A program made the translations under genes and the position numbers. DNA of 64,000 nt. Origin: Nemertoderma westbladi (Eukaryota > Animalia > Xenacoelomorpha). The stretch spans positions 23,945 through 87,944 of the forward strand of contig JAUCBJ010006247.1 of NCBI GenBank assembly GCA_032718475.1. Reading direction: 5' to 3'. Below are positions 54,278 to 64,000 of this stretch, one piece after another. The notes under the pieces are model-generated. The model had not been told where the DNA came from. It saw nothing but the letters and a program-made list of their open reading frames with translations, and searched no databases. How positions within the stretch are numbered: the stretch's first letter is position 1; every line of letters begins with the position of its first letter.

Positions 54278-56265
54278 CACCATGTCCTGGAATATAGTGT
54301 CGTTATTCAGGTACCCCCCCCCCCCCCCCAAAGTTTCTACAAATCGTAATGAAATTGGATGAAATTTTCAACTTTGAAAATTTGAGTTATTTTCACCTCC
54401 CTCCTCCTTGCTGGGTGAGTCAGAATTTTTATTTTCGCTTTCATTCTTTGGCTACAAGCGTATGAAAGAAGTGTCTCAGGCGATATTGCACCAGTTACAC
54501 CGCAGTTATTCTTTAGTACTGTTAGAAAGCTGGCTGTGCAAGGATTCCAAATATGTAACACAATCTTAATTTCGTTGAAAAAAGCTGAGATATGAGCGTT
54601 CAAATGTCGCATGGTTTTGCACCATGTTTGTATTAAATACAAACACTATATCCTAGAACATTTTGTTTATGTATGAATAGCTACGTAACAGTATGATTAA
54701 AGAGGCATTTCATAGTAGCCCTGCTACGTCTGGGATGAACAAAATGTTTCAGAATATGGTGTATTTTATTTATAAAATATAATAAAATAGCTTCGCGTAG
54801 GTGCAAAACCAAAAACCATGCAAGCATTCGAACGCCCCCTATCTCAGCTATTTTTACAACGAAATTCAAATTGTGGTACATATTTGGACTTGAGTATTAT
54901 TATTATTATAGGTATTGCATTGTTACCCAGCTACTTATGACATAAACAAATTGTTCAAGAATTTTGCGTATTTATTAAACAGAAGCATGGCCATGATAGA
55001 AGATTAAGGGGGGGGGGGGGTATACCCCCCATGAACCTTTTTTTAAAATGGCTGTCAATTAGTGTTAAATGATAATATTGCTATTTTGTCATGGTCAACC
55101 ACTGTATGGAAGGCCAAATAGCCTTTATAGTAAAATTGGAAAATTTATAGCCTCCCCCTAGCGGCTGGCGGCGGAATTAAAGATTTCACTAAAATTACTA
55201 CTAGTCCCTCAATTTTGGTCCAAATTTCTTGAAACCAACTTTTTTGGACTCAGCGTGATCGACTCTACAAAAGTTATCTTATATAATTTTTTATTAGCCA
55301 CTTTTATTTTAATTAATTAATTTAATTAATTAATTATCATATTTTTAATTAAAATTGGCTAATTAGAAAAAATGGTAATATTTATCAAAATTTCATAAGA
55401 TAACTTTTAAAGAGCTTCCAAAGCTCGTTCGAATGAGCCATAAACTAAGAAAATTGGTTAAAAAATGGCGGAGGAGTAGTAATTTGAAAATGAAAAATGT
55501 CATTCCGAGAAAATGCCCTTCGAAGTTTAAACCGTCCCGCCAAAATTGGCTGTCTGTGTTCTGGTTGGTTAATTATTTCTGGCACGAATGATGCACACCA
55601 ACGAGCTAAAATGTTCATTACGGGGGTTTGAGGGGTCGCTGATTTCATTTCCGATGTCAGTTTTAATTTTTGGTGGAATCTAGTCTATCTGTCTGTCTGT
55701 CGGTCTTCTGTCTTTCTTACAATTTGACGGACAGACCGTCATACGGAAAAACAGTGATAACTCGAGAACTGAAAGAGGTCTCACTAAGCAGTTTTCAGAT
55801 TTGTATTCCTCATTAAATTCTGCTCTAGATGAAATAAAGAAACAACAATTTGAACATTTTACCTGAGGGGGGGTATACCCCCCCCTTAAATGGCCTTTAG
55901 CTGATGCAAATTCATGCAACATTCGAATGGCCATATCTCAGCTAATTCATATTTCCCAACCAAATTCATTTTTTTTACATATTTGGAATCCTTGCACGGC
56001 CAGCTTTCCATTGGTAGCCACAACGCACTGGAAGTTTGAAGAACAATGCAGTGTATCTATGGTAAATATCGCCGGAGACACTTTTTTTTAAACACTTGAA
56101 ACTAAAAAAAAATGAGAGAAAAATAACACCTCGGGCTCACCCACGGAGGAGGAAGGACGTGAAACTGTGTATGTTTCTAATTTCATGAAATCTCATTTGT
56201 AGATTTTTAAGATTTTCTTTATGATTTGTAAAAATATTTGGGGACATATATTGCAGGACATGGTG
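54278..56265. mobile_element. Tc1/mariner-type MITE
   Basis: TA|CACCATGTCCTG ... CAGGACATGGTG|TA, with further inverted similarity internally. Confidence 0.75.
55008..55885. mobile_element. Kolobok-type element nested in the Tc1/mariner MITE
   Basis: TTAA|(G)nTATACCCCCC ... GGGGGGGTATA(C)n|TTAA. Confidence 0.75.
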
Positions 56266-57711
56266 TAATATATTTCTCCGAAATCCTAACTACATTGTTT
56301 TAATAAATAATTAATATAGCATAACACACTTCCTTGATTTTGATGTAAATGTGATACATTGGATTCTGCATTTACAGGGTCAATATATCGGTTATAGTGG
56401 AACCGTTTTTTGGGAACAACTACAAACATACAGTAAGATCATCCTGTCTGCATGCATACGTGTGCATACAGACAGCAGTGTGCCGGCCTACTATTCCATA
56501 GTTGATTAACACAGGACCGTGAATAATTCGCCTCGGGGCCATTAGACCATCATCATTGTTAGACGACGCTTGAGTTGGGGTCTCTGTTCCCCATTGTCGC
56601 TCGTGGCACGAGACGATACGAGAGGCCCCTATGGCTAACCACTCTCTCCGGGGCCAAAGTTCATCATTGACACACCGACCCCATGCTGAATACCTCCCGT
56701 ACAATAGCGTTAACGCGCTCCGTCGTTCAATCAGAATTCGGCTGACTTACCGCTTCAGGCATTACCACCTACAAATCTCTATGTCCTCACAGAGCATTGC
56801 CCCTTGCCGCAGTACTACGCACTTTAAAGTGCTATTGTCACAGACGGCCTTTGTGATGGCCAGAATCTCCCTGGATCCGTGGCATTGCCTCCCCTCTGCG
56901 GTAATAACTGCCCCTCAACAAAGGGCCCATTTGCCACGCAACCCCCTACCCGCAGCCGCTGTGATTAAGTACGAAGTAAAGTAATGAGTAATCGATTGCA
57001 CTTGATGGTGATGAGTTGTCCGTAGGTTCAATGTTTGAAACAATAAATAAGACGTTGTACCAATACGTTCTTTAGTAATCGCTCTAGTTTATAGGTAAAC
57101 ATAGATATATAATGAGATTTTTGTTGAAAAAAAGAGCGCAGTCTTTTCCTAATTACGGCATGTGGTTAGGTACCGTGTGCCGCCTACATCGCCCTTCCTT
57201 TGTGTATTGTGCTGTTGGCTGACAAGGGGGGGCGGTTGACACGTGAGCACTATTGTTCCTCTGTGAATCAGGGGCAGGGGTTTCACTCTCATAGGAACCC
57301 TAGTCCCAGTGGCCGGTGGTGGGTTGTTGTCTTCGCCCCGTAGACAGCGTCAATTACGAACCAAAGTGTGTTATGAAAATAACTTGGTTTTGTGTTGTAT
57401 GTGACCATGCACGCACGTACACCGCTCCACGTGTGTATTATATGCGGTGATGATCAGATTTTGGCGTCAGTTACTATTCTGACATAACGAGACAGGGGTG
57501 GGGGTGGGGTGGGGGGGGGGGGGGGGTGATTTGACGATATCTCGTCTCAATGTTATCAATTAAGGGAAAGGAGCAGGTTACAGTGGACGTTATTCTAACC
57601 AAAACATTAAACTAAACCAATAGAACAGGCTACAGTTTTATTTTTTGGTGTAATCAGCTGTTATTTGCGTCGATTAGTCCCTGGAAAGGGATTAATTTTA
57701 ATTGCGTCGAG

Positions 57712-57745
<34 letters not shown>

Positions 57746-57848
57746 TCTATCTAGACATCACGTACTAACCAGAATCTGGAATGTGAACTTGATATTTATT
57801 TTTTACATTCTGCTATTATCTATTCACATAAATTTACTTTATTTATAG

Positions 57849-57972
57849 TCGTATTCCCCCTCTCCTGGCGAGTCTTGTAAAGAGACGACATACTTCGCGA
57901 CCCCAACCAAGAACAACAGCACCGGTCCGAGTGTCTACGACGAATCCTCAGATAATCCGCCCTTCTTTCTAC
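57849..57972 (+). CDS. TCF12: Class I bHLH E-protein (TCF3/4/12, daughterless-like), exon SYSPSPGE...PPFFL
   Basis: AG/GT-bounded, 124 nt. Corresponds to the recalled TCF4 exon VYAPS...PSSFFMQ. Confidence 0.75.
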
Positions 57973-58143
57973 GTAAGTAGAATAATTTATAAATTAAGTA
58001 AATTAACTAATTTGGATACAAATGTTACATTCGTCTGATGATAATAACAACCTCCATCTCGACTTACAGACAGAATATATATTATCGCGCTGGTTGAATA
58101 TAAATATTTTATTATCTTCCTATATTACTTTACTTTATTTTAG

Positions 58144-58247
58144 AACCGGGGAACCCTGAGTTATCGATGCCTTGGGTAACACAGAATGGCAACTACGCGG
58201 TGACGCAGCCAGGGCTGACGCAATTCCAGGGGACTAATGATTGTTCT
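58144..58247 (+). CDS. TCF12: E-protein exon QPGNPELSMPW...NDCS
   Basis: AG/GT-bounded, phase 1 to 0. PW sits at the position of TCF4 DPW. Confidence 0.75.
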
Positions 58248-58363
58248 GTAAGTAAACGGTCTGTCTGTCAGTCGGTCGGTCGGTCGGTTAAGCCATAGAG
58301 AAACGTGTTATAAGTTTCTTATTTTTCATTATATTAACATGAATTATTGTTTCTTTATTGCAG

Positions 58364-58513
58364 ACCTATCCTTCCATATCTGAGTCTTTGTCACACCGAC
58401 TAGCGGCCGTGTCATCCTTTACTAATTCATATAATGATAGTCCATCTAAAAGTCCACCGCTAGGAGGCGAACGACAAACAAGCGGGGACGCCCTGGGCAG
58501 AGCTCTGGCTTCC
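58364..58513 (+). CDS. TCF12: E-protein exon TYPS...QTSGDALGRALAS (DES/AD3 region)
   Basis: GDALGRALAS matches E-protein QTGDALGKALAS. 150 nt, donor GTGAGT. Confidence 0.88.
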
Positions 58514-58741
58514 GTGAGTAAATCCAGTTAAATATTTATTTGTATTAATTGGATCAGTTGTTGTGTTTATTTTATACAGTAAATTGTCTTTTCCATAAAA
58601 CTAATGACTACAAATACGTTAGTTTCACCATATTGATTGGTGATTGATTTTGATTGAGCCTGCTATTCGTCTAATTATATTCAATAATATACCAGTTCAG
58701 TAGAAATTCTAATTTTAGTTTCCATGGAATTGAAGAACTTT

Positions 58742-58892
58742 GTAAGTAAAGTTTTCTTCAGCCGTTCGGTCTGGGATTACGCCCAAAGTCTTACGACTTA
58801 TTTCAGAGCATTCTTGCAGAAATGAATACTTCCCACGACCTCTGGAACACGAGATATGAATTCAAGGCTTCGGATTAAACCGCTACGCCACT
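58742..58892 (-). mobile_element. Internally deleted tRNA-SINE copy in an E-protein intron
   Basis: AAGTAAAGTTTTCTTC...GGGATTACGC...CCACGACC...GAATTCAA segments shared with 39358-39637. Confidence 0.55.
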
Positions 58893-58935
58893 AAGCGACT
58901 TATTTACTTATAGAACATAAATATTTAATTTGTAG

Positions 58936-59103
58936 ATTTATTCCGAGAGTTCCACCGCTCTGGGACATTCCAGTTGTTCTCCCATCGGTTCCCCACCTCC
59001 ACTAAGTAACAATTCGGAAGGCGCCCCCTGTTGGAGTTCGCTGGAAACCTCGACCTCTATACCCAGTTCCCCTCACTACCACCGGGGTAGTTTACAAACT
59101 CTG
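58936..59103 (+). CDS. TCF12: E-protein exon IYS...SPIGSPPPLS...W...SSPHY...LQTL
   Basis: Matches TCF4/12 IYSPD...STPVGSP..LS...W...SSPNY..LHSL. 168 nt, phase 0/0. Confidence 0.88.
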
Positions 59104-59449
59104 GTGAGTGTGATTGTAGCTGATGGAAGGGGTTTTAGCTAACTACTCAGTGTTTCTACTCTCCTGTCTGATCAATTTTCCTTATAACTACATGATTTTT
59201 TGGTTTTACTTTGAAAATTTATGGGTTGGGAATTAATACTAACTGCACACACTAATTTACTGTTTATGTTATAAACAATAATAATTATGTTTGACGTTGG
59301 ACATTAAATAATAAGATATACTACGGCTGGGGTAAAAGGCTATTTAATATAATAAAATTTGTTTAAAATTAAAATTAAAGTTTAATTTATTAAAAATTTA
59401 TTGCCAATTTATCGCGATTTTGTGTTTATTTTTCTTTTGTTTTTTACAG

Positions 59450-59512
59450 TCGTTGCGAATGGAGGAGCGGTTAGATGATGCTATCAACGTTCTCAGAGAC
59501 CACGTCGACGAG
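59450..59512 (+). CDS. TCF12: E-protein 63-nt exon SLRMEERLDDAINVLRDHVDE (first AD2-like helix)
   Basis: Strong acceptor tttttacag, donor GTTAGT, phase 0/0. Confidence 0.8.
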
Positions 59513-59647
59513 GTTAGTGATTAACCGTTAGATTCGGTTAGTTTGTGTCACCTAACATGAAGTTGTATGGAAATACAATCCATTTCCTCTTAGTTTTCCC
59601 TAGCTTACTCCATGTTCGTGGCTTATTAAATTAATTAATTATTTTAG

Positions 59648-59872
59648 AACCAATTTCGGAACATAGAAGATCGTTTGGATGACGCAATAAACGTATTGCG
59701 CAACCACGCCGAGCCGTCGCCCCCTAGCGGTTGTACTAAGAATCATCCCGCCGCTACCACGCTGCACACCATGACAACGGTGCCGTTGTACAACAGACTA
59801 CTACCCGAAGGCTACCAGATACCGCCCCCACCATTGCCTCTAGTCGGTGGGGTCCATGTGTTAGACCCAATG
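59648..59872 (+). CDS. TCF12: E-protein exon NQFRNIEDRLDDAINVLRNHAE...DPM (AD2 helix)
   Basis: RLDDAINVLRNHA matches E-protein RLDDAIHVLRNHA. 225 nt. The gene continues beyond the window and the bHLH is not seen. Confidence 0.9.
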
Positions 59873-59965
59873 GTTAGTTAACTCATAGAATATGTCTAAC
59901 TAATTATGTCTTTTCTGCTCTAATGTTTGGTGTAATTTAATTAAAAAAAAAATACAAAATGTAAA

Positions 59966-60250
59966 AAATTAATAAGTAATTAAACAGGACTAAGTATGAT
60001 CCAACTCTATAGCAAATGGAGCGGAAAAAATGAATTCGCCACCAGCGGGGATTGAACCCGCGTCTCCCGATAAACGTCCAGGTATGCTAACCACTACACC
60101 ATACGGAGGCAAAAGTCGGTAGTGGTTAGCATACCTGGACGTTTATCGGGAGACGCGGGTTCAATCCCCGCTGGTGGCGAATTCATTTTATCCGCTCCAT
60201 TTGCTATAGAGTTGGATCATACTTAGTCCTGTTTAATTACTTATTAATTT
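59966..60250. repeat. 132-bp near-perfect inverted repeat of a tRNA-like SINE head
   Basis: Arms 59966-60097 and 60119-60250 with one mismatch and a 21-nt spacer. A box GTAGTGGTTAG, B box GGTTCAATCCC. Confidence 0.9.
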
Positions 60251-60789
60251 ATACAATCTATGGATGTTAAACACACAAAAATGTAAAAAAAATTGAAATT
60301 AAATTTTTTTAAAAAATTTTCTATTTTTTTGTTGTAATATATCTAAATCATGTCTTAAACTTCTTGATGGTTAAAGAAGAATATATATTTTTTTATTTAT
60401 TAAAATAATAACTATTTAAGTGGCGGCGAAAACGGCTACTTTTGCCCTGTATGTATTATTTGGTAATTTTTACTCAATAACCCTGTATTTATTTTGTAAG
60501 TCTGCTTACCTGCACACGGTACCTCCTGTACCTACCTGTACACGGATATAACCTTACTCACTGGACCGTATTGTCATAGTGCCAAATGGCAATTAATGGC
60601 TACAATTAAAATAAGAGATGAAGATAAAACGAGACTACTTTGGTTACTTGTTATCATTTCATTAAGAAACGTCCAATAACGTACAATTTTATACGTACAC
60701 GATTATTATAAATTATAAAATTTGTGACGCGTAACTTAGTGAGCGTATTGTATATAACCATCCAAGGTATTAATATGTGGTCTATATTT

Positions 60790-61287
60790 ATCTTACACGA
60801 AGTGGGGACTTCGCGCAGCACGAAGTTGGCAGAGCCTTAGCGAATTGACACTGTTAGGGGGTAGGTCAATTTATGCAAATAGTCACGTTGGCCCTCTAGC
60901 GGCAGACTGGAGAACTGCAGATGGATTCGCCTCCTTTGAAAGTCACAGCTAATGGTCTAATACATATCTGCCAAGTTTCAGCTTAAACGGATTAAAAGCA
61001 AAGAAATGGGAGGGCATTTAATGTTTAGACATGTGGCCCTCTAGCGGGAGACCATTGCACTGATGGTGTCTGAAAGTCTCTCAAAAATCTCAACTTTTGC
61101 TCATATTGATACCTACAAATTTTCAACTTGGCAGCTTTAAATCCGACAAAGTTATTAGCATGTCAAAATCGTAACGACGACGACGACAACGACGACGACG
61201 ACGACGACAACTATTTGCATAAATTGACCCACCCCCTAACAGTGTCAATTCGCTAAGGCTCCGCCAACTTCGTGGCTCGCCCCACAA
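60790..61287 (-). mobile_element. Helentron/HINE-like element
   Basis: ~64-bp subterminal inverted repeats (60820-60883 / 61210-61273), an (ACG)n microsatellite and a terminal hairpin ACTTCGCGCAGCACGAAGT. Confidence 0.6.
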
Positions 61288-61290
61288 TGA

Positions 61291-61558
61291 GGTTCCACCT
61301 TGGTGTAGTGGTCGCATTGAATTCACATCTCCCGTAGGTCGTGGGTTCGATCCTCACATGGGCCAGGGCAGTTTTCGTTTCGGCGTGACTGCTTTGAAGG
61401 GACCAGCCAGGACGCATCTCTGCCTTGCATCCTTAAGTGGTAGCTAAATGAGTACTGGAGTTTCCTCTGGGGAGTAAAGTTCTGGGGGGACCGCACTGGA
61501 AATAAGTCGACAGATCCCTGGCCTAGTGGCCGAAGAAAATTTACTTTACTTTTTTTTA
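61291..61558 (+). mobile_element. tRNA-derived SINE, full length
   Basis: A box TGGTGTAGTGG, B box GGTTCGATCC, central TAAATGAGTACTGGAGTTTCCTCTGGGGAGTAAAG and a (TTTAC)n tail. Confidence 0.85.
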
Positions 61559-61559
61559 C

Positions 61560-62840
61560 CGTGACCAGTTCCATCCTTTTTGATGCTGAAACTTGATCTC
61601 ACAGATTTCGGTGTTAACTCCCGTTTTGACTCCCGTTTTGAGAGGTTTGTCTCTGATGGCGATGCTTTTCAACTTCTTACATTTCTTGCCATCGAAACGA
61701 AGTGCAGGTATTTCATCACAATACAGTACAGGTTTCACTTAATTTCCATCTTTACCAGACATTGGCTCATGTGATCCCATAGATAGCGGAATGGTATATA
61801 TAAGTCATGACTGTTTGCATCCTCCGTTCTGCGAATAATTCGAACTTTGACAGAGGATCGTCCTTTTATCAAGCGAATCAGCGAATGATCTTCAACTCTC
61901 ACAACATATGAACTTAGAGCTCAGAGTTGGCTTTCCTCCACTAGATGTTGTCATTTTATCAGCAACAAGTTGAACATTCTCCGATCCAGTCACGCTTACG
62001 CGGTCTACCCATAATATTAGATGGCTACAGTTAGTTTTTTAGGCGGGGTAGCTCAGTTGGTTGAGCGTCGGGCCTGCAATCTATTAGTTGTTGGTTCAGC
62101 CCCGCCAGGATCCACTCAGACTTTCATCAGAGTCAGGAGTATCAGTTAAATTACTGGGAGCAAATCTTGTGATAGGAGTAGCGCCCATCCCTAACCCCGG
62201 GTAGCAGCTATCGAAAGAGGAGCCTTCGGGTCGCCTCCGGCCTGGGCCGACTGTTCGCTTTACTCACTGTTAGTTTAGAATTCGTTGTAACAAGTCTAGG
62301 CTTAAATAGTTGTATTGTAATTTATATCCAGGTTCGTCAACTCAATTCAATGTAGGCCTTGACCGGTTCCAGATCGCTGTAGCGCAGACAGATGGATGAA
62401 TGAATTCATCGATTTTGATCTTCTTTATAGAGATCCGCTGATGTCTCACAGTTTGTTGTGTCTCACCAAAGTGTATATTACTTCAGCACCTTCATTGAAG
62501 GAGTTTACCTTCATATCCATTAATATCAGTTCTTCTAACATTTTCTTTGACTGGAAGAATTCATTAAAATGCCGATAGAACGGCGCGATGTCTTAGCTTT
62601 CTAGATAGACTTAATGCCCCGTGGGTAGACTCAAATTAATTGTTTTAGCTAAACTTGGATGCCTTCAGATGAGTCAATGGTTATCTGTTATAAGATCTCT
62701 GTTTATGCCTTAGCCTTCCATTGCCTCGGATTTCTGCCTTTTTCCTTTGTACTCCGCAATGTCTAAAGACTTCTATCCTTTCTCATCGCCACGTTCCCCA
62801 CTAATCGTGATATCTCTCGGTTCCAAAACCTCGCATCTTT
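61560..62840 (-). mobile_element. Highly degraded LINE (RTE-like) remnant
   Basis: Scattered motif remnants (FRYL, IWNRS/TGQ) with many stops; weak support. Confidence 0.25.
62042..62265 (+). mobile_element. Second tRNA-derived SINE family
   Basis: GGTAGCTCAGTTGG A box, degenerate B box, ACTCAGACTTTCATC core and an RTE-like tail GTAGCAGCTATCGAAAGAGGAGCCTTCGGGTCGCC...CTTTACT. Confidence 0.65.
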
Positions 62841-62844
62841 CTGG

Positions 62845-64000
62845 GCAGAGTTCCGCCGGCAGACATGCGGCGGCGTTCCGCAAAGTTCCGCCGGCAGACA
62901 TGCGGCGGCGTTCCGCAGAGTTCCGCCGGCAGACATGCGGCGGCGTTCCGCAGAGTTCCGCCTGCAGACATGCGGCGGCGTTCCGCAGAGTTCCGCCGGC
63001 AGACATGCGGCCGCATTCAGCAGAGTTCCGCCTGCAGACATGCGACGGCGTTCCGCAGAGTTCCGCCGGCAGACATGCGGCGGCGTTCAGCAGAGTTCCG
63101 CATGCAGACATGCGGCGGCGTTCCGCAGAGTTCCGCCGGCAGACATGCGGCCGCATTCAGCAGAGTTCCGCCTGCAGACATGCGGCGGCGTTCCGCAGAG
63201 TTCCGCCGGCAGACATGCGGCGGCGTTCAGCAGAGTTCCGCATGCAGACATGCGGCGGCGTTCAGCAGAGTTCCGCCTGCAGACATGCGGCGGCGTACCG
63301 CAGAGTTCCGCCGGCAGACATGCGGCCGCATTCAGCAGAGTTCCGCCTGCAGACATGCGGCGGCGTTCCGCAGAGTTCCGCCGGCAGACATTCGGCCTTC
63401 CGCAGAGTTCCGCCGGCAGACATGCGGCCGCATTCAGGAGAGTTCCGCCTGCAGACATGCTGCGGCGTTCTGCAGAGTTCCGCCTGCAGACATGCGGCGG
63501 CGTTCCGCAAAGTTCCGCAGGCAGACATGCGGCTGCATTCAGCAGAGTTCCGACGGCAGACATGCGACCGCGTTCAGCAGAGTTCCGCCGGCAGACATGC
63601 GACCGCGTTCAGCAGAGTTCCGCCGGCAGACATGCGGCGTCGTTCCGCAGAGTTCCGCCGGCAGACATGCGGCCGCATTCAGCAGAGTTCCGACGGCAGA
63701 CATGCGACCGCGTTCAGCAGAGTTCCGCCGGCAGACATGCGACCGCGTTCAGCAGAGTTCCGCCGGCAGGACATGCGGCCGCATTCAGCAGAGTTCCGAC
63801 GGCAGACATGCGACCGCGTTCAGCAGAGTTCCGCCGGCAGACATGCGACCGCGTTCAGCAGAGTTCCGCCGGCAGACATGCGGCCGCATTCAGCAGAGTT
63901 CTGACGGCAGACATGCGGCCGCGTTCAGCAGAGTTCCGCCGGCAGACATGCGACCGCGTTCAGCGGAGTTCCGCCGGCAGACATGCGGCCGCGTTCAGCT
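62845..64000 (+). repeat. GC-rich 35-bp tandem satellite running off the window
   Basis: Unit GCAGAGTTCCGCCGGCAGACATGCGGCGGCGTTCC with variants, ~33 copies visible. Confidence 0.95.

Noticed and set aside
56420-56984. ORFs of 94 and 117 aa upstream of the E-protein exons
   Set aside because: No recognisable motifs or convincing splice sites; more likely intronic regulatory DNA.
42697-57742. Long poly-C/poly-G tracts as G-quadruplex elements
   Set aside because: Many sit in TE termini or TE bodies, homopolymer lengths are unreliable, and there is no evidence of function.
60035-62110. tRNA genes at ~60040-60180, 61291 and 62042
   Set aside because: A/B boxes are present, but the acceptor and anticodon arms are non-canonical and they continue into SINE bodies.
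62747-63904. 385-aa Ala/Arg-rich ORF
   Set aside because: Translation of the 35-bp satellite; the unit length is not a multiple of 3.

Overview
AT-rich, repeat-dense eukaryotic (invertebrate-like) genomic DNA with spliceosomal introns; no prokaryotic operons or CRISPR. Two host genes can be supported. The first is a SPICE1/CCDC52 centriolar-protein homolog on the minus strand (three coding exons, 7918 down to <1). The second is a class I bHLH E-protein (TCF3/TCF4/TCF12/daughterless) on the plus strand: six phase-compatible exons at 57849-59872, candidate alternative first exons near 44.9 kb and 51.8 kb, and the bHLH beyond the window. The rest is nested transposons (Foldback-like, piggyBac, Kolobok, Harbinger and Tc1/mariner MITEs, Helentron/HINE-like elements, tRNA-derived SINEs, a near-intact CR1-group LINE, RTE remnants) and six tandem arrays. 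Nearly all long ORFs in the track are translation artefacts of these arrays. Most notable: two unrelated arrays (42 bp x ~205 and 69 bp x ~17) both start at the loop apex of a flanking hairpin and repeat the right arm plus a Helentron-like terminus. The E-protein also carries its AD2 helix twice, on tandem exons.
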